Assembly (NCBI GenBank): GCA_963674755.2
Contig: CAXXVS010000002.1
Coordinates: 960,001 to 1,024,000, forward strand
Direction of reading: 5' to 3'
From: Desulfobacterales bacterium
GTDB taxonomy: Bacteria > Desulfobacterota > Desulfobacteria > Desulfobacterales > UBA5852
Length of the DNA: 64,000 nucleotides
In this document: positions 40,301 to 49,700 of the stretch, piece by piece
Numbering within the stretch: position 1 is the stretch's first letter
How the letters are laid out: each line of letters opens with the position of its first letter
Notes under the pieces: generated by a model
What the model was told of the DNA's origin: nothing
The model's database searches: none
Seen by the model: only the letters and a program-made list of their open reading frames with translations
Translations under genes and position numbers: made by a program

Positions 40301-40409
40301 TTATGCTCCTCTCTGCCATAAAATGATGAACCATACCCCAAATGCTGCCGAATTCGCTAAAGTCATTTCAACTACCTGTGCCTACTAAAAAAATCAAGGA
40401 GAAAATTCG

Positions 40410-41165
40410 CTATCGCCCTCCTGTCGCCGGTTTCCGAAGAAACGCCAGGAATTCCTTGTTGCCCTTCGGCCCTAGGATAGGGGAGGGAACGACGCGCGGG
40501 CATCTCAACTCTACCGATTCAAAAAAACCACGCAGTGACATGATGACGTCATCATGCAGGCGCTTATCCTTGACGACGCCGCCCTTGCCTACCTGCCCTT
40601 TGCCGACCTCGAATTGCGGTTTGATAAGGGCGATGATGTTAGCAACGGGTTTCAGCAAGGGGAGAATCGCAGGAACGATCAGGCGCAGTGAAATAAAGGA
40701 AACATCGATCGTCACCAGATCGACCTTCTCTGGAATTTGATGATGACTGATTTGGCGGGCGTTGGTGCGTTCGATGACGATCACCCGGTCATCTTGACGC
40801 AACTTCCAGGCCAATTGACCGTATCCCACATCCACGGCATACACCCGCTGGGCCCCATGTTGCAGAAGACAATCCGTGAAGCCTCCCGTAGAAGCACCGA
40901 TATCCAGACACACCGCCGCCTGGAGGTTGACTTCAAACGCCTCCAAAGCTTTTTCGAGCTTGAGACCGCCCCGGCTTACATAGGGGAAATCCTTTTGCTT
41001 CAAGGCAATGGTTGCGGCGGTCGAAACGATGCTGCCGGGTTTGGCCGCGGGAAATCCATTCACAAGAACGGCGCCATCCTTGATCAGGGCACGGGCCCGT
41101 TCCCGACTGGCAGCGAGATGGCGTGCCACCATGAGTTGGTCGAGGCGTTGTTTGTCTGACGTCAT
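40410..41165 (-). CDS. tlyA: TlyA family rRNA 2'-O-methyltransferase
   Basis: S4-like RLD.L.V, YVSRGGLKLE, DIGASTGGFTDCLLQ.GA, DVSFISL, LIKPQFE and SPI.GPKGN.EF. Follows dxs. Confidence 0.95.
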   Translation of the reverse strand: MTSDKQRLDQLMVARHLAASRERARALIKDGAVLVNGFPAAKPGSIVSTAATIALKQKDFPYVSRGGLKLEKALEAFEVNLQAAVCLDIGASTGGFTDCLLQHGAQRVYAVDVGYGQLAWKLRQDDRVIVIERTNARQISHHQIPEKVDLVTIDVSFISLRLIVPAILPLLKPVANIIALIKPQFEVGKGQVGKGGVVKDKRLHDDVIMSLRGFFESVELRCPRVVPSPILGPKGNKEFLAFLRKPATGGR

Positions 41166-41231
41166 GGGATCACGGGGCAATGCATGGAGGGCGGGGAAGG
41201 CAGGGGCCGCAGGCAGGGCGCTGGTAATCAA

Positions 41232-43121
41232 CTATCGCAGCAAGCGGAGGGCCGTATCGACAATGGCTTTATCATCAACGCCGTTGATGCGGCGCAGGAG
41301 CTTCTGGGGGCCATGTTCGACGAATACATCACGAATCCCTATACGCTGCAATTTAAAACCGCTGAGGCCGGCATCGGTCAGGGCCTCCAATACCGCGCTG
41401 CCGAATCCCCCTTCCCGGGTATTTTCCTCTACCGTCAGGATATGAGGAATGCGCATGGCATACCGGGTAAGCAAATCGGTATCCAATGGTTTCACAAAAC
41501 GGGCATTGATGACGGTTGCGGAAACAGCATGCGACTGTCTGAGCGTCTGGCAGGCCCGGACAGCTTCACCAACTGCATGACCGATAGCGATAATCAAAAT
41601 GTCATCCGTTGTTTGACCTTCGCAAAGGACCTCTGCTTTGCCCATTGCGACAGGCTCGAGGGGGTCTTCGAAGGGAACGCCGGTTCCACAACCGCGTGGA
41701 TATCGCAGCGCAATCGGGCCCTGGTGCTGGATAGCCGTCAGCAACATTTTGCGCAACTCGTTTTCGTCTTTAGGTGACATTACGGTCATGTTGGGCAGAC
41801 TTCTCAAATACGACAGGTCGAACAGACCGTGATGGGTTGCGCCGTCTTCACCCACAATGCCGGCCCGGTCCAAGGCAAAAACCACCGGGAGGGCTTCGAT
41901 ACAGACATCGTGAAGAATCTGGTCATAAGCCCGTTGAAGGAAGGTCGAGTAGATGGCCACCACCGGTTTCAAGCCTTCACTGGCCAGGCCCGCGGCGAAG
42001 GTAACACCGTGCTGCTCGGCAATGCCCACATCAAAAAAACGCTGGGGAAACGCCTCGGCGAAGGCCGCCAGCCCTGTTCCCTCCGGCATGGCGGCAGTTA
42101 CGGCAACGATACGCGCGTCCTCACGGGCAAGTTCGACCATGGTATCGCCGAAAACTTTTGTATAGGTAGGGGGGGTATCCTGCGCGATCACGCATTCGCC
42201 GGTAGCCACTTCAAATTTACCGCAACCGTGAAAATGGACCGGATTGGTTTCAGCCGGGGCATAGCCTTTGCCCTTCTTGGTGATGACATGCAGAAGGACA
42301 GGCTCTTCAAGCACTTTGATATTTTGCAGTATATTGATTAAATGGTTTAACTTATGGCCATTAATCGGCCCGAAATATTCAAAATTAAAGGCTTCGAAAA
42401 GCATGCCAGGCGTAACAAAGGCCTTAAAGGATTCCTCCGAACGCTTGGCCAGTTGGTACATGTCATCACCGATGCGGGGGAGGGACTTTAGAAAATCACC
42501 GATCTCGCGTCGCATTTCCTGCAGTCTTTTGGTGGAGAACGTGCGGCTCAGAAAGGAAGAAAGGGCGCCCACGTTGTGGGAAATGGACATGTCGTTGTCG
42601 TTGAGAATGACAATCAGGTCCTTATCTTTGTGGGTATCGCCGGCCTGATTGAGCCCTTCGTAGGCCAGACCTGCCGTCATGGATCCATCCCCGATGACGG
42701 CGATGACCTTGGAGCGCTCCTGCTTGATCTGCTTCGCGGTGGTGATGCCCAGCGCCGCGGAGATCGAAGTGCTGCTGTGCCCTGTCGTAAAGGCGTCATA
42801 AGGGCTTTCACTTATCCGCGTGAAACCGGAAATACCGTTATATTGACGGATGGTTGCGAATTCATCGCGGCGGCCGGTCAACAGCTTATGGGCGTAAGCC
42901 TGATGCCCCACATCCCAGATGATTTTATCTTTGGGGGCATCAAAAACATAGTGAATGGCAATGGCCAGTTCGACGGCCCCCAGACTCGGTGCCAGATGAC
43001 CACCGTTTCTCGACACCACCTCGATAATGGTTTGTCGAATTTCCTTTGCCAGGCGATCCAGGTCTGAACGTGGGATGTGTTTCAGGTCTTCAGGGCTGTT
43101 GATGGTGTCGAGCAAACCCAA
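41232..43121 (-). CDS. dxs: 1-deoxy-D-xylulose-5-phosphate synthase
   Basis: GGHLAPSLG.VEL, WDVGHQAY.HK, GHSSTSIS, GDGSMTAG, GIAEQH, YSTFLQRAYDQ and DG.THHG. Confidence 0.99.
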   Translation of the reverse strand: MGLLDTINSPEDLKHIPRSDLDRLAKEIRQTIIEVVSRNGGHLAPSLGAVELAIAIHYVFDAPKDKIIWDVGHQAYAHKLLTGRRDEFATIRQYNGISGFTRISESPYDAFTTGHSSTSISAALGITTAKQIKQERSKVIAVIGDGSMTAGLAYEGLNQAGDTHKDKDLIVILNDNDMSISHNVGALSSFLSRTFSTKRLQEMRREIGDFLKSLPRIGDDMYQLAKRSEESFKAFVTPGMLFEAFNFEYFGPINGHKLNHLINILQNIKVLEEPVLLHVITKKGKGYAPAETNPVHFHGCGKFEVATGECVIAQDTPPTYTKVFGDTMVELAREDARIVAVTAAMPEGTGLAAFAEAFPQRFFDVGIAEQHGVTFAAGLASEGLKPVVAIYSTFLQRAYDQILHDVCIEALPVVFALDRAGIVGEDGATHHGLFDLSYLRSLPNMTVMSPKDENELRKMLLTAIQHQGPIALRYPRGCGTGVPFEDPLEPVAMGKAEVLCEGQTTDDILIIAIGHAVGEAVRACQTLRQSHAVSATVINARFVKPLDTDLLTRYAMRIPHILTVEENTREGGFGSAVLEALTDAGLSGFKLQRIGIRDVFVEHGPQKLLRRINGVDDKAIVDTALRLLR

Positions 43122-43136
43122 TGGATGTTGGTTCCT

Positions 43137-44066
43137 TCAGCGCCGTCTTTCGATTACATAGCGGGCAATGGCCCGCAAAGGATCCGCTTTGCTATCAAAT
43201 ATCGCAAGGTTGCGCAAGGCCTCGGCAACCAAATCGGAAGCCATGTGCCGGGCTCCTGCCAAGCCCATCAAGGCCGGATAAGTACTTTTTTGGCGAATCT
43301 GATCCGTTCCAACGGCTTTTCCCATGACAAGCGGATCGCCGGTTTCGTTTAAGATGTCGTCGGTGACCTGAAATGCCAAGCCGATGCATCGGCCGTAGAC
43401 TTCCAAACCAGTGAGAGCCCTTTTATCGGCCCCGCCAATGACGGCGCCAGTTTTGATCGACGCGGTGATCAAGGCTCCGGTTTTGAGTCCGTGGAGTTCT
43501 TCGAGTCGGTCGGCGGAAAGCGCTTGGCCTTCGGCGGCCATGTCCCGCATCTGCCCCTCGATCATACCCTCATGACCAGCTGCTTTAGCAATAATGGCCA
43601 TTGCCTGGACCCATACCGCCTGTTGATCATCCCGGCGCAAGGCATATTCAGCCAGGATCTGAAATGCAGCGGTCAAGAGCGCATCCCCCGCCAATATGGC
43701 CGTGGCCTCGCCGAAAGCCTTATGGCAAGTCGGTTTACCGCGTCTTAGATCATCATTATCCATGGCCGGCAGATCGTCATGGATAAGCGAGTAGGTGTGA
43801 ATCATTTCCAGCGCGCAACCCGCCGGCACGGCCTCCTCTTCCCTTCCTCCCACGGCATGGGCAGAGGCCAGACATAAAATGGGGCGCAAGCGTTTGCCGC
43901 CGGCGTTGATGGAATATTGCATAGCGGAAACGAGACGGGTGTTTCGGAAAGGCCTGCTGTTCAAAAAACGCTGCAAGGCCTGATCGACCAATTGACGACG
44001 CTTGGCCAGATAGGATTTCAGGTCAAAACTGTTGGAGGCGGCGTAATCGCGGGGCTGTTGAATCAT
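43137..44066 (-). CDS. ispA: Geranyltranstransferase / farnesyl-diphosphate synthase
   Basis: GGKRLRP, HTYSLIHDDLPAMDNDDLRRGKPT, GQ..D, KTGAL, AFQVTDDIL and KSTYP. Confidence 0.96.
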   Translation of the reverse strand: MIQQPRDYAASNSFDLKSYLAKRRQLVDQALQRFLNSRPFRNTRLVSAMQYSINAGGKRLRPILCLASAHAVGGREEEAVPAGCALEMIHTYSLIHDDLPAMDNDDLRRGKPTCHKAFGEATAILAGDALLTAAFQILAEYALRRDDQQAVWVQAMAIIAKAAGHEGMIEGQMRDMAAEGQALSADRLEELHGLKTGALITASIKTGAVIGGADKRALTGLEVYGRCIGLAFQVTDDILNETGDPLVMGKAVGTDQIRQKSTYPALMGLAGARHMASDLVAEALRNLAIFDSKADPLRAIARYVIERRR

Positions 44067-44084
44067 CGGATCACCGATAGCGGT

Positions 44085-44324
44085 TTAGGCCTCGTCATTG
44101 CGATCAGCTTCGAAGGGCGCTTCGACATCGCCGGTTGGGCTATCGCCCAAAAGCTGGGTCACCTTTTTTTCAGTCTCATCCAACATGGCGCTGCATTGCC
44201 GGGACAGGGCCATACCTTCGTCAAACTTTTTCAGCGCTTTTTCCAGGGGCAAATCGCCGTCTTCGAGTTCATCGACAATTTTTTGCAACGCATTCATGGT
44301 CTGTTCAAATGTTTTCTTCGCCAT
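44085..44324 (-). CDS. xseB: Exodeoxyribonuclease VII small subunit
   Basis: TFEQ.M..L..IV..LE.GDLPLE..L..F.EG..L...C...L. Located between xseA and ispA. Confidence 0.93.
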   Translation of the reverse strand: MAKKTFEQTMNALQKIVDELEDGDLPLEKALKKFDEGMALSRQCSAMLDETEKKVTQLLGDSPTGDVEAPFEADRNDEA

Positions 44325-45675
44325 GGAGGTGCTTCCCTTCAACGCGGCAGAGCAGGGCGCCCGATGCTAGCTGGATTTCGACCTGCTGGTGGATCTTGAC
44401 GGTTTTAGATGTTTTGACAATATCTCTGGACGGGATCTCACGGGTGATGCTGTAACCCCGCTGCAACACATTGGCAGGATTTAAAGCCCGCAGCCGAAGG
44501 GTTAGCTCGCGATGACTCGCTTTATTTATTAACATTCTATTCTGTATGTTATGAATTAATATATAATTTGATTGATCAAGTTTGTGACGAAACGTCTGTA
44601 GCGCGCTGCGTAAATGGATACGACGCAGCTGCAGCACAAGGCGAGACACGCTTTCTTTTTTTTCCTTAGAATACTGATTCCATGCTCGCAGCAGCCGATC
44701 TGTCTCATCATCCAGTCTCAGGCGAGCCTCTTGGACCTGACGTCGCGGATCACGGAGACGACTAAAGGTGCTTTCCAGTACAAGACGGTGACGGGCGATT
44801 GCTTCGGCTATTTCCCGTTTCAGGCGGATTTGCATTTCACGGCATTGCTGCTGCAAACGGTGTTTTTCCGGTACAACCAACTCCGCAGCCGCCGAGGGGG
44901 TGGGGGCCCGCATATCCGCAACAAAATCGGCGATGGTGAAATCGGTCTCATGACCGATTGCCGATATGATCGGAACAGATGTTTCAAAAATTACCCTGGC
45001 TAATTTCTCCGAATTAAAGGCCTGCAAGTCTTCCAGGGATCCACCGCCTCTTGCCACTATAGCGACTTCGGCGTCCGGCTGTCTGCCAAGGCATTGTAAG
45101 GCCTTGATGATCGAGGCCTCCGCATTGTCGCCTTGTACGCTTGCTGGAATAACGGTTATGGGCATATTCGGAAACCGGCGCTGAATGATCTGAATAGTGT
45201 CGTGCACCACAGCCCCGGTGGGGGATGTGATAATGTGAACCTTACGCGGCAAAACCGGCAGCCTTTGCTTGTGGACGCTATCGAACAACCCTTCACTGGC
45301 AAGTCTTGTTTTAAGTTGTTCGAAAGCCAGTTGCAGGGCACCGACGCCCTTTGGTTCGAGATGTTCGAAAATAATCTGGTAGGTTCCACGAGGTTCGTAA
45401 ACCGATAGTCGTCCTAACCCGACAACCGCCAGACCGTCAGTGATATCAAATGGCAGGCGTTTTAGCGGGCCCTTGAACATGACCGCATTAAGCTGGGCGT
45501 TTGGATCTTTGAGTGTAAAATAGCAATGGCCGGATGCGGGGACCCGCCGGTTGGAGATTTCTCCGACCACCCAGACCAAAGGGAATTCGTGTTCCAGGAT
45601 GGCCTTGATCTGGCGGGTGAGTTCGGAGACCGTATATACAGGGCGCGGCTGATCAGCGATCGACATGACCACCAT
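44305..45675 (-). CDS. xseA: Exodeoxyribonuclease VII large subunit
   Basis: GEISN, SGHCYFTLKD, ITSPTGAV, ARGGGSLEDL, IGHETDFT.ADFVAD.RAPTPSAAAE and L.RGYS. Confidence 0.97.
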   Translation of the reverse strand: MVVMSIADQPRPVYTVSELTRQIKAILEHEFPLVWVVGEISNRRVPASGHCYFTLKDPNAQLNAVMFKGPLKRLPFDITDGLAVVGLGRLSVYEPRGTYQIIFEHLEPKGVGALQLAFEQLKTRLASEGLFDSVHKQRLPVLPRKVHIITSPTGAVVHDTIQIIQRRFPNMPITVIPASVQGDNAEASIIKALQCLGRQPDAEVAIVARGGGSLEDLQAFNSEKLARVIFETSVPIISAIGHETDFTIADFVADMRAPTPSAAAELVVPEKHRLQQQCREMQIRLKREIAEAIARHRLVLESTFSRLRDPRRQVQEARLRLDDETDRLLRAWNQYSKEKKESVSRLVLQLRRIHLRSALQTFRHKLDQSNYILIHNIQNRMLINKASHRELTLRLRALNPANVLQRGYSITREIPSRDIVKTSKTVKIHQQVEIQLASGALLCRVEGKHLHGEENI

Positions 45676-45710
45676 ATTATCCCAACGTCTGATAAGATAT
45701 ATTATGTAAA

Positions 45711-46052
45711 CTATTTGGCAGGAGGCTCAGTGTTCGACGGTCGGCCGTCGGAAAAAAGCCGATCGGCTTCGCTGAAGCGTCTCAAATGTTCGCGTACCGC
45801 CGGCAGCATATAGACATCGCCGCATGGCATTCCTCCCAAAAACGCTGAAAGAATCGTGATTTTTTTGTGCAGGCTTTTGTGCTTATCAATCAAAAAAAGC
45901 GACTTCCCCTTGACCTTGCACAATCCGCTCACGGCATTGACCCCGGTGGCACGGAAATTCTGTTCAGTAACCTCGATGCCGATTTTTTCTGCCACTTCTT
46001 TGAGTTCCTGGTACAAACGATCGGCTTTCACGGATTTCCCCTCAATGCGCAT
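45711..46052 (-). CDS. Hypothetical protein
   Basis: L..AEKIGIEV, SGLCKVKG...IDK and VY..PAVRE motifs. Co-oriented upstream of xseA; start uncertain. Confidence 0.65.
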   Translation of the reverse strand: MRIEGKSVKADRLYQELKEVAEKIGIEVTEQNFRATGVNAVSGLCKVKGKSLFLIDKHKSLHKKITILSAFLGGMPCGDVYMLPAVREHLRRFSEADRLFSDGRPSNTEPPAK

Positions 46053-46136
46053 GGCCGGCAATTGAAATCTCGTTGGGCTGTGTTATATTCTATCAGCTTT
46101 TAAGCGTTGGATAAAAACTTCAAGGAGGAAAAATTG

Positions 46137-46865
46137 ATGCAGCGTTCCGTTCCGATGCAAGGTCAAACAGCGATTACCCAAGTCAACACATTTGTCCGCA
46201 GTGTTTATAATTGGATGGGGGCCGGGTTAGCGGTTACGGGCGTGATTGCCTATCTGTTTGCCCACAATGCCAGTTTGTTTCAACTGATGTTTCAGGTCGC
46301 CGGCAATCAACTGCGTCCCACCATGCTTTTTTATGGCGCTATCATTGCCGAGCTGGTTTTGGTCTTTTCCATCAGTGCCCGGGTGCAGCGCATGCAGGCT
46401 TCAACCGCCACCGGATTGTTTCTGGCCTATGCCGCCCTTAACGGAGCCACCTTAAGTTCCATTTTCATTATTTTCACCCAGGCTTCCATTGTATCGACCT
46501 TTTTTATCTGTGCCGGCACTTTCTTAGCATGCAGTCTATACGGATGGACCACCAAGCGGGATCTCACCTCCATTGGCGGATTTATGATGATGGGACTGAT
46601 CGGTATCATTATCGCCTCGTTGGTGAACTTATTTCTACGCAGCCCGGCCGTTGCCATGGTCGTCAGCTATATCGGTGTGATCGTCTTTGTCGGTCTGACC
46701 GCTTATGATACCCAGAAATTGAAATCCATGGCGTTAGCTCAGCCCGCCGATCTTGACGCGGCGGTGGTTCGCAAGGGGTCCATTATCGGCGCCCTGACCC
46801 TCTACCTGGATTTCATCAATCTGTTTATGATGCTGCTGTATATTTTCGGCGGACGCCGCGATTAA
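46137..46865 (+). CDS. Bax inhibitor-1/YccA family membrane protein
   Basis: Seven hydrophobic segments, FVRSVYNWM, YG.TTKRDL, TAYDTQKLK and GALTLYLDFINLF. AAGGAGG RBS. Confidence 0.95.
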   Translation: MQRSVPMQGQTAITQVNTFVRSVYNWMGAGLAVTGVIAYLFAHNASLFQLMFQVAGNQLRPTMLFYGAIIAELVLVFSISARVQRMQASTATGLFLAYAALNGATLSSIFIIFTQASIVSTFFICAGTFLACSLYGWTTKRDLTSIGGFMMMGLIGIIIASLVNLFLRSPAVAMVVSYIGVIVFVGLTAYDTQKLKSMALAQPADLDAAVVRKGSIIGALTLYLDFINLFMMLLYIFGGRRD

Positions 46866-46899
46866 GAGGCGATCAGCATCGGCAGCAAGAACAATTCCG

Positions 46900-46945
46900 T
46901 CCCCTGCCCCGGCCAAATTGGTTGGAGCAGGGGGGTTTTCGTTTA
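46900..46945 (+). terminator. Intrinsic terminator after the YccA-family gene
   Basis: CCCCTGC...GCAGGGG GC-rich stem followed by TTTTCGTTT, between convergent genes. Confidence 0.7.
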
Positions 46946-46975
46946 TTGGTTGTGGCGGTGAGCCGAGGCCGTCAT

Positions 46976-48331
46976 CTAATCACCAATAGCGTCGGCAATC
47001 GCTACGGCAATATTGTGGGCATAGCCTTCCGCTTCCGCTTGGGTGGGGCCTTCTACCATTACGCGGCAGAGTGGCTGGGTGCCTGAATAGCGAACCAGCA
47101 CACGGCCTTGGTTGCCCAGCTTCTGCTCCACTTCATCAATCGCCCTGCGGATGGATTCCATCGAATCCAGCGCCGGTTTATCAACGACCGGAACATTGAC
47201 CAAGGTCTGGGGGTACACGGTCATGAATTTTGCCATTTCGGACAAGGGGCGTTGATCGTCCTGCATCGTTTCAACCAGCTTGAGCGCGCTAAGCAGCCCG
47301 TCGCCGGTCGAGTGGTACGCTTTGTAAATAAGGTGACCGGAATCTTCGCCACCCAAAGCCGCCTCGCAGTCCGCCATTTTTTCCATGACATGGCGATCCC
47401 CTACATCACAGTGGACATGGCGGATGCCGATGGATCGCAACGCTTCCTTCAATCCGATATTGCTCATCACGGTGGAAACGATGACATCATTCCATAACTG
47501 TCCACGTCGATGAAGGAAGCGTGCGCCGATGGCCAAAAGTTGGTCGCCGGCCAATAAAGTCCCTGACTCATCAACGGCAATCAGACGGTCCCCGTCACCA
47601 TCGAAGGCCAGGCCGACGTCGGCTCCGGTCTCCACAACTTTCCGGCGGAGGTCATCCGGGTGTTCGGAACCGCATTGATGATTGATGTTGGTTCCAGTGG
47701 GCTCATGGTGCATGATCGTCAATTCTGCCCCCAACATTTCGAAAAGCATCGGGGCCACCGCCGAAGCCGCGCCATTGGCGCAGTCCAAAACCACCCGCAT
47801 ACCGGCCAAATTGAAATCAGGAGGAAGCGACTGGCGCAAAAAGGTTAGGTACCGCTGGCGGGCCCCCTTGATTAACTGAATGGCCCCCACCGGCCCGTCA
47901 CCCTCCTCACTTGGAGAAGCGGCGATTTCCTCACGCAGCAATTGTTCAACCTGGGCCTCCTCACGCTCTGAAAGCTTGAGGCCCTGTTGGTTGAACAATT
48001 TAATGCCGTTGTCTTCAAAGGGATTGTGGGAGGCCGAGATGACCACTCCGGCCGCAGCGCTTTGATGACGGGTTAGAAAAGCAACTCCCGGCGTGGGGAT
48101 GACCCGGGCCAACAACACGTTGGTGCCGGTTGAACAAATACCCGCGGAAACGGCGCTTTCCAGCATCTGGCCCGACCGACGCGTGTCCCGCCCGATAATG
48201 ATCGGCGAGCCGCCGTCAGCATCCCCATAAACGATCCCGATGGCCCGTCCGATGCGCACCGCCATCTCTGCCGTGAGTGGATATTGATTGGCCCTGCCCC
48301 TGATCCCGTCGGTTCCAAAGAATTCGCCCAT
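46976..48331 (-). CDS. glmM: Phosphoglucosamine mutase
   Basis: FGTDGIRG, ISASHNP..DNGIK, AFDGDGDR, VGDR.V, GGE.SGH and VRYSGTQP..RVMVEG. Confidence 0.95.
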   Translation of the reverse strand: MGEFFGTDGIRGRANQYPLTAEMAVRIGRAIGIVYGDADGGSPIIIGRDTRRSGQMLESAVSAGICSTGTNVLLARVIPTPGVAFLTRHQSAAAGVVISASHNPFEDNGIKLFNQQGLKLSEREEAQVEQLLREEIAASPSEEGDGPVGAIQLIKGARQRYLTFLRQSLPPDFNLAGMRVVLDCANGAASAVAPMLFEMLGAELTIMHHEPTGTNINHQCGSEHPDDLRRKVVETGADVGLAFDGDGDRLIAVDESGTLLAGDQLLAIGARFLHRRGQLWNDVIVSTVMSNIGLKEALRSIGIRHVHCDVGDRHVMEKMADCEAALGGEDSGHLIYKAYHSTGDGLLSALKLVETMQDDQRPLSEMAKFMTVYPQTLVNVPVVDKPALDSMESIRRAIDEVEQKLGNQGRVLVRYSGTQPLCRVMVEGPTQAEAEGYAHNIAVAIADAIGD

Positions 48332-48371
48332 TGCCGCTGCTGTCTCCCATGCCGGTTTTTGGTGGTAGGAT

Positions 48372-49553
48372 TTAATCGAATGGTTTTATCAAACCGCCGC
48401 CCTCTGCCACAACGGTATCCACAATGCTTTGGAGCCACTGGGTGCCTGTCAGACGTGTATGGGAAGGAAGCGTTGGGAGGGTGTCAATGTAGCTGGTTTG
48501 TGAGGATCGATGCCGGGTCACTTCCTGAAGAAATGCATCCCTCGTTTTTAGATCACCGAACTCCCTGCCGGGTTTACGAACGCTTTCTTGGAAGCGTTCA
48601 TAATGCCCCACATAATTTTTCTGTTTCTCAAACTTTCGAATATATTCGCGCAGGCGTTTAAAACGTTCCTCCAACCCAATATCTAAGATGTTTACCAATC
48701 CCTGGAATAGGGGTTCCGGGAAACATTCGGAGACGAACAATCGACGCACATGGCAGTACCATGCGCGCAAAGCCAGCAAGTTGCCGATATAGAGAAGGTT
48801 ATTTTTGAGAATGCGGTTTGATGATCCTAAGGCACCGGACTTATAAGGAATCGTTCCCCCCTTCCCTGCCCCGCCGAAAATCAAGTGATCAGGCTTGAGC
48901 TGATCCTTGCGGACGATCGTGCCGGCCGCGCTGACCGTGCCGAAAGCGAGGCGGCAAGGCCCTACGAGGCCTCCCTGTCCCCCCAGGAATATGGGGCGTT
49001 GGTCTAGCATGACACCATGGGGCACATCGCCGATCAAGGAGGGCGTGGCCTTGTCCTGATGGGGGGTGAAATTGAAATGGATAAAGGAACTGCCCACCTC
49101 GCTGTGATCCTTGCGGGATGTTCCGCCTGCCATGAGGCAGTCACAGAAATTGATCAGGCTGCCCAATGTTACAAATGGCATAAGAATGGTTTGTTTCAAG
49201 CCCGCACAGTGGGCCGTGCTGGCCTGCTCTTCTAAGATCGTCCCCTCTCTGACATGCGATCCGTAGCCCAGGGATGCGCCTTCCAGAAATACCGCGTTTT
49301 TGAAATAGCCGCATTTCAGTTCCACGTCTGGGCCAATATAGCAATTATCGATCATGACCGGGCCTTCGGAGCCGATGCAAGCCCTCTGAGCAATATAGGT
49401 TTGCGAACCGCGCAGACGACAACCGGCATGAAGGCGAATGCCTTTACCAGACAGACGATCCGGATTGATGTCAGATCCGATTTCAACAGCGTGGGGGCAG
49501 GGTATTGCTATGCCGCGGGACAATAAATCTTTAACATTTTGAGGTATGGACAT
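48372..49553 (-). CDS. GlmU-like protein (left-handed beta-helix-like region, no recognisable nucleotidyltransferase domain)
   Basis: Hexapeptide-like spacing (HVREGTIL, LGSLINFCD, SEVGSSFIHFN, AAGTIVRKD) resembling the GlmU C-terminal half. Directly upstream of glmM. Confidence 0.6.
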   Translation of the reverse strand: MSIPQNVKDLLSRGIAIPCPHAVEIGSDINPDRLSGKGIRLHAGCRLRGSQTYIAQRACIGSEGPVMIDNCYIGPDVELKCGYFKNAVFLEGASLGYGSHVREGTILEEQASTAHCAGLKQTILMPFVTLGSLINFCDCLMAGGTSRKDHSEVGSSFIHFNFTPHQDKATPSLIGDVPHGVMLDQRPIFLGGQGGLVGPCRLAFGTVSAAGTIVRKDQLKPDHLIFGGAGKGGTIPYKSGALGSSNRILKNNLLYIGNLLALRAWYCHVRRLFVSECFPEPLFQGLVNILDIGLEERFKRLREYIRKFEKQKNYVGHYERFQESVRKPGREFGDLKTRDAFLQEVTRHRSSQTSYIDTLPTLPSHTRLTGTQWLQSIVDTVVAEGGGLIKPFD

Positions 49554-49700
49554 TCAGACTCCGGGAAATCATTCGCATCAGGAAAGATAGCAATTTAACC
49601 TCGATTTTGGTCATTCGGTTTGGTGATTCCGCCGGTTTTCAAAATATAGATAACATTAATTCCCTTTACGGAATCGGGGGTGCTTTTCGTATTGGTTTTG

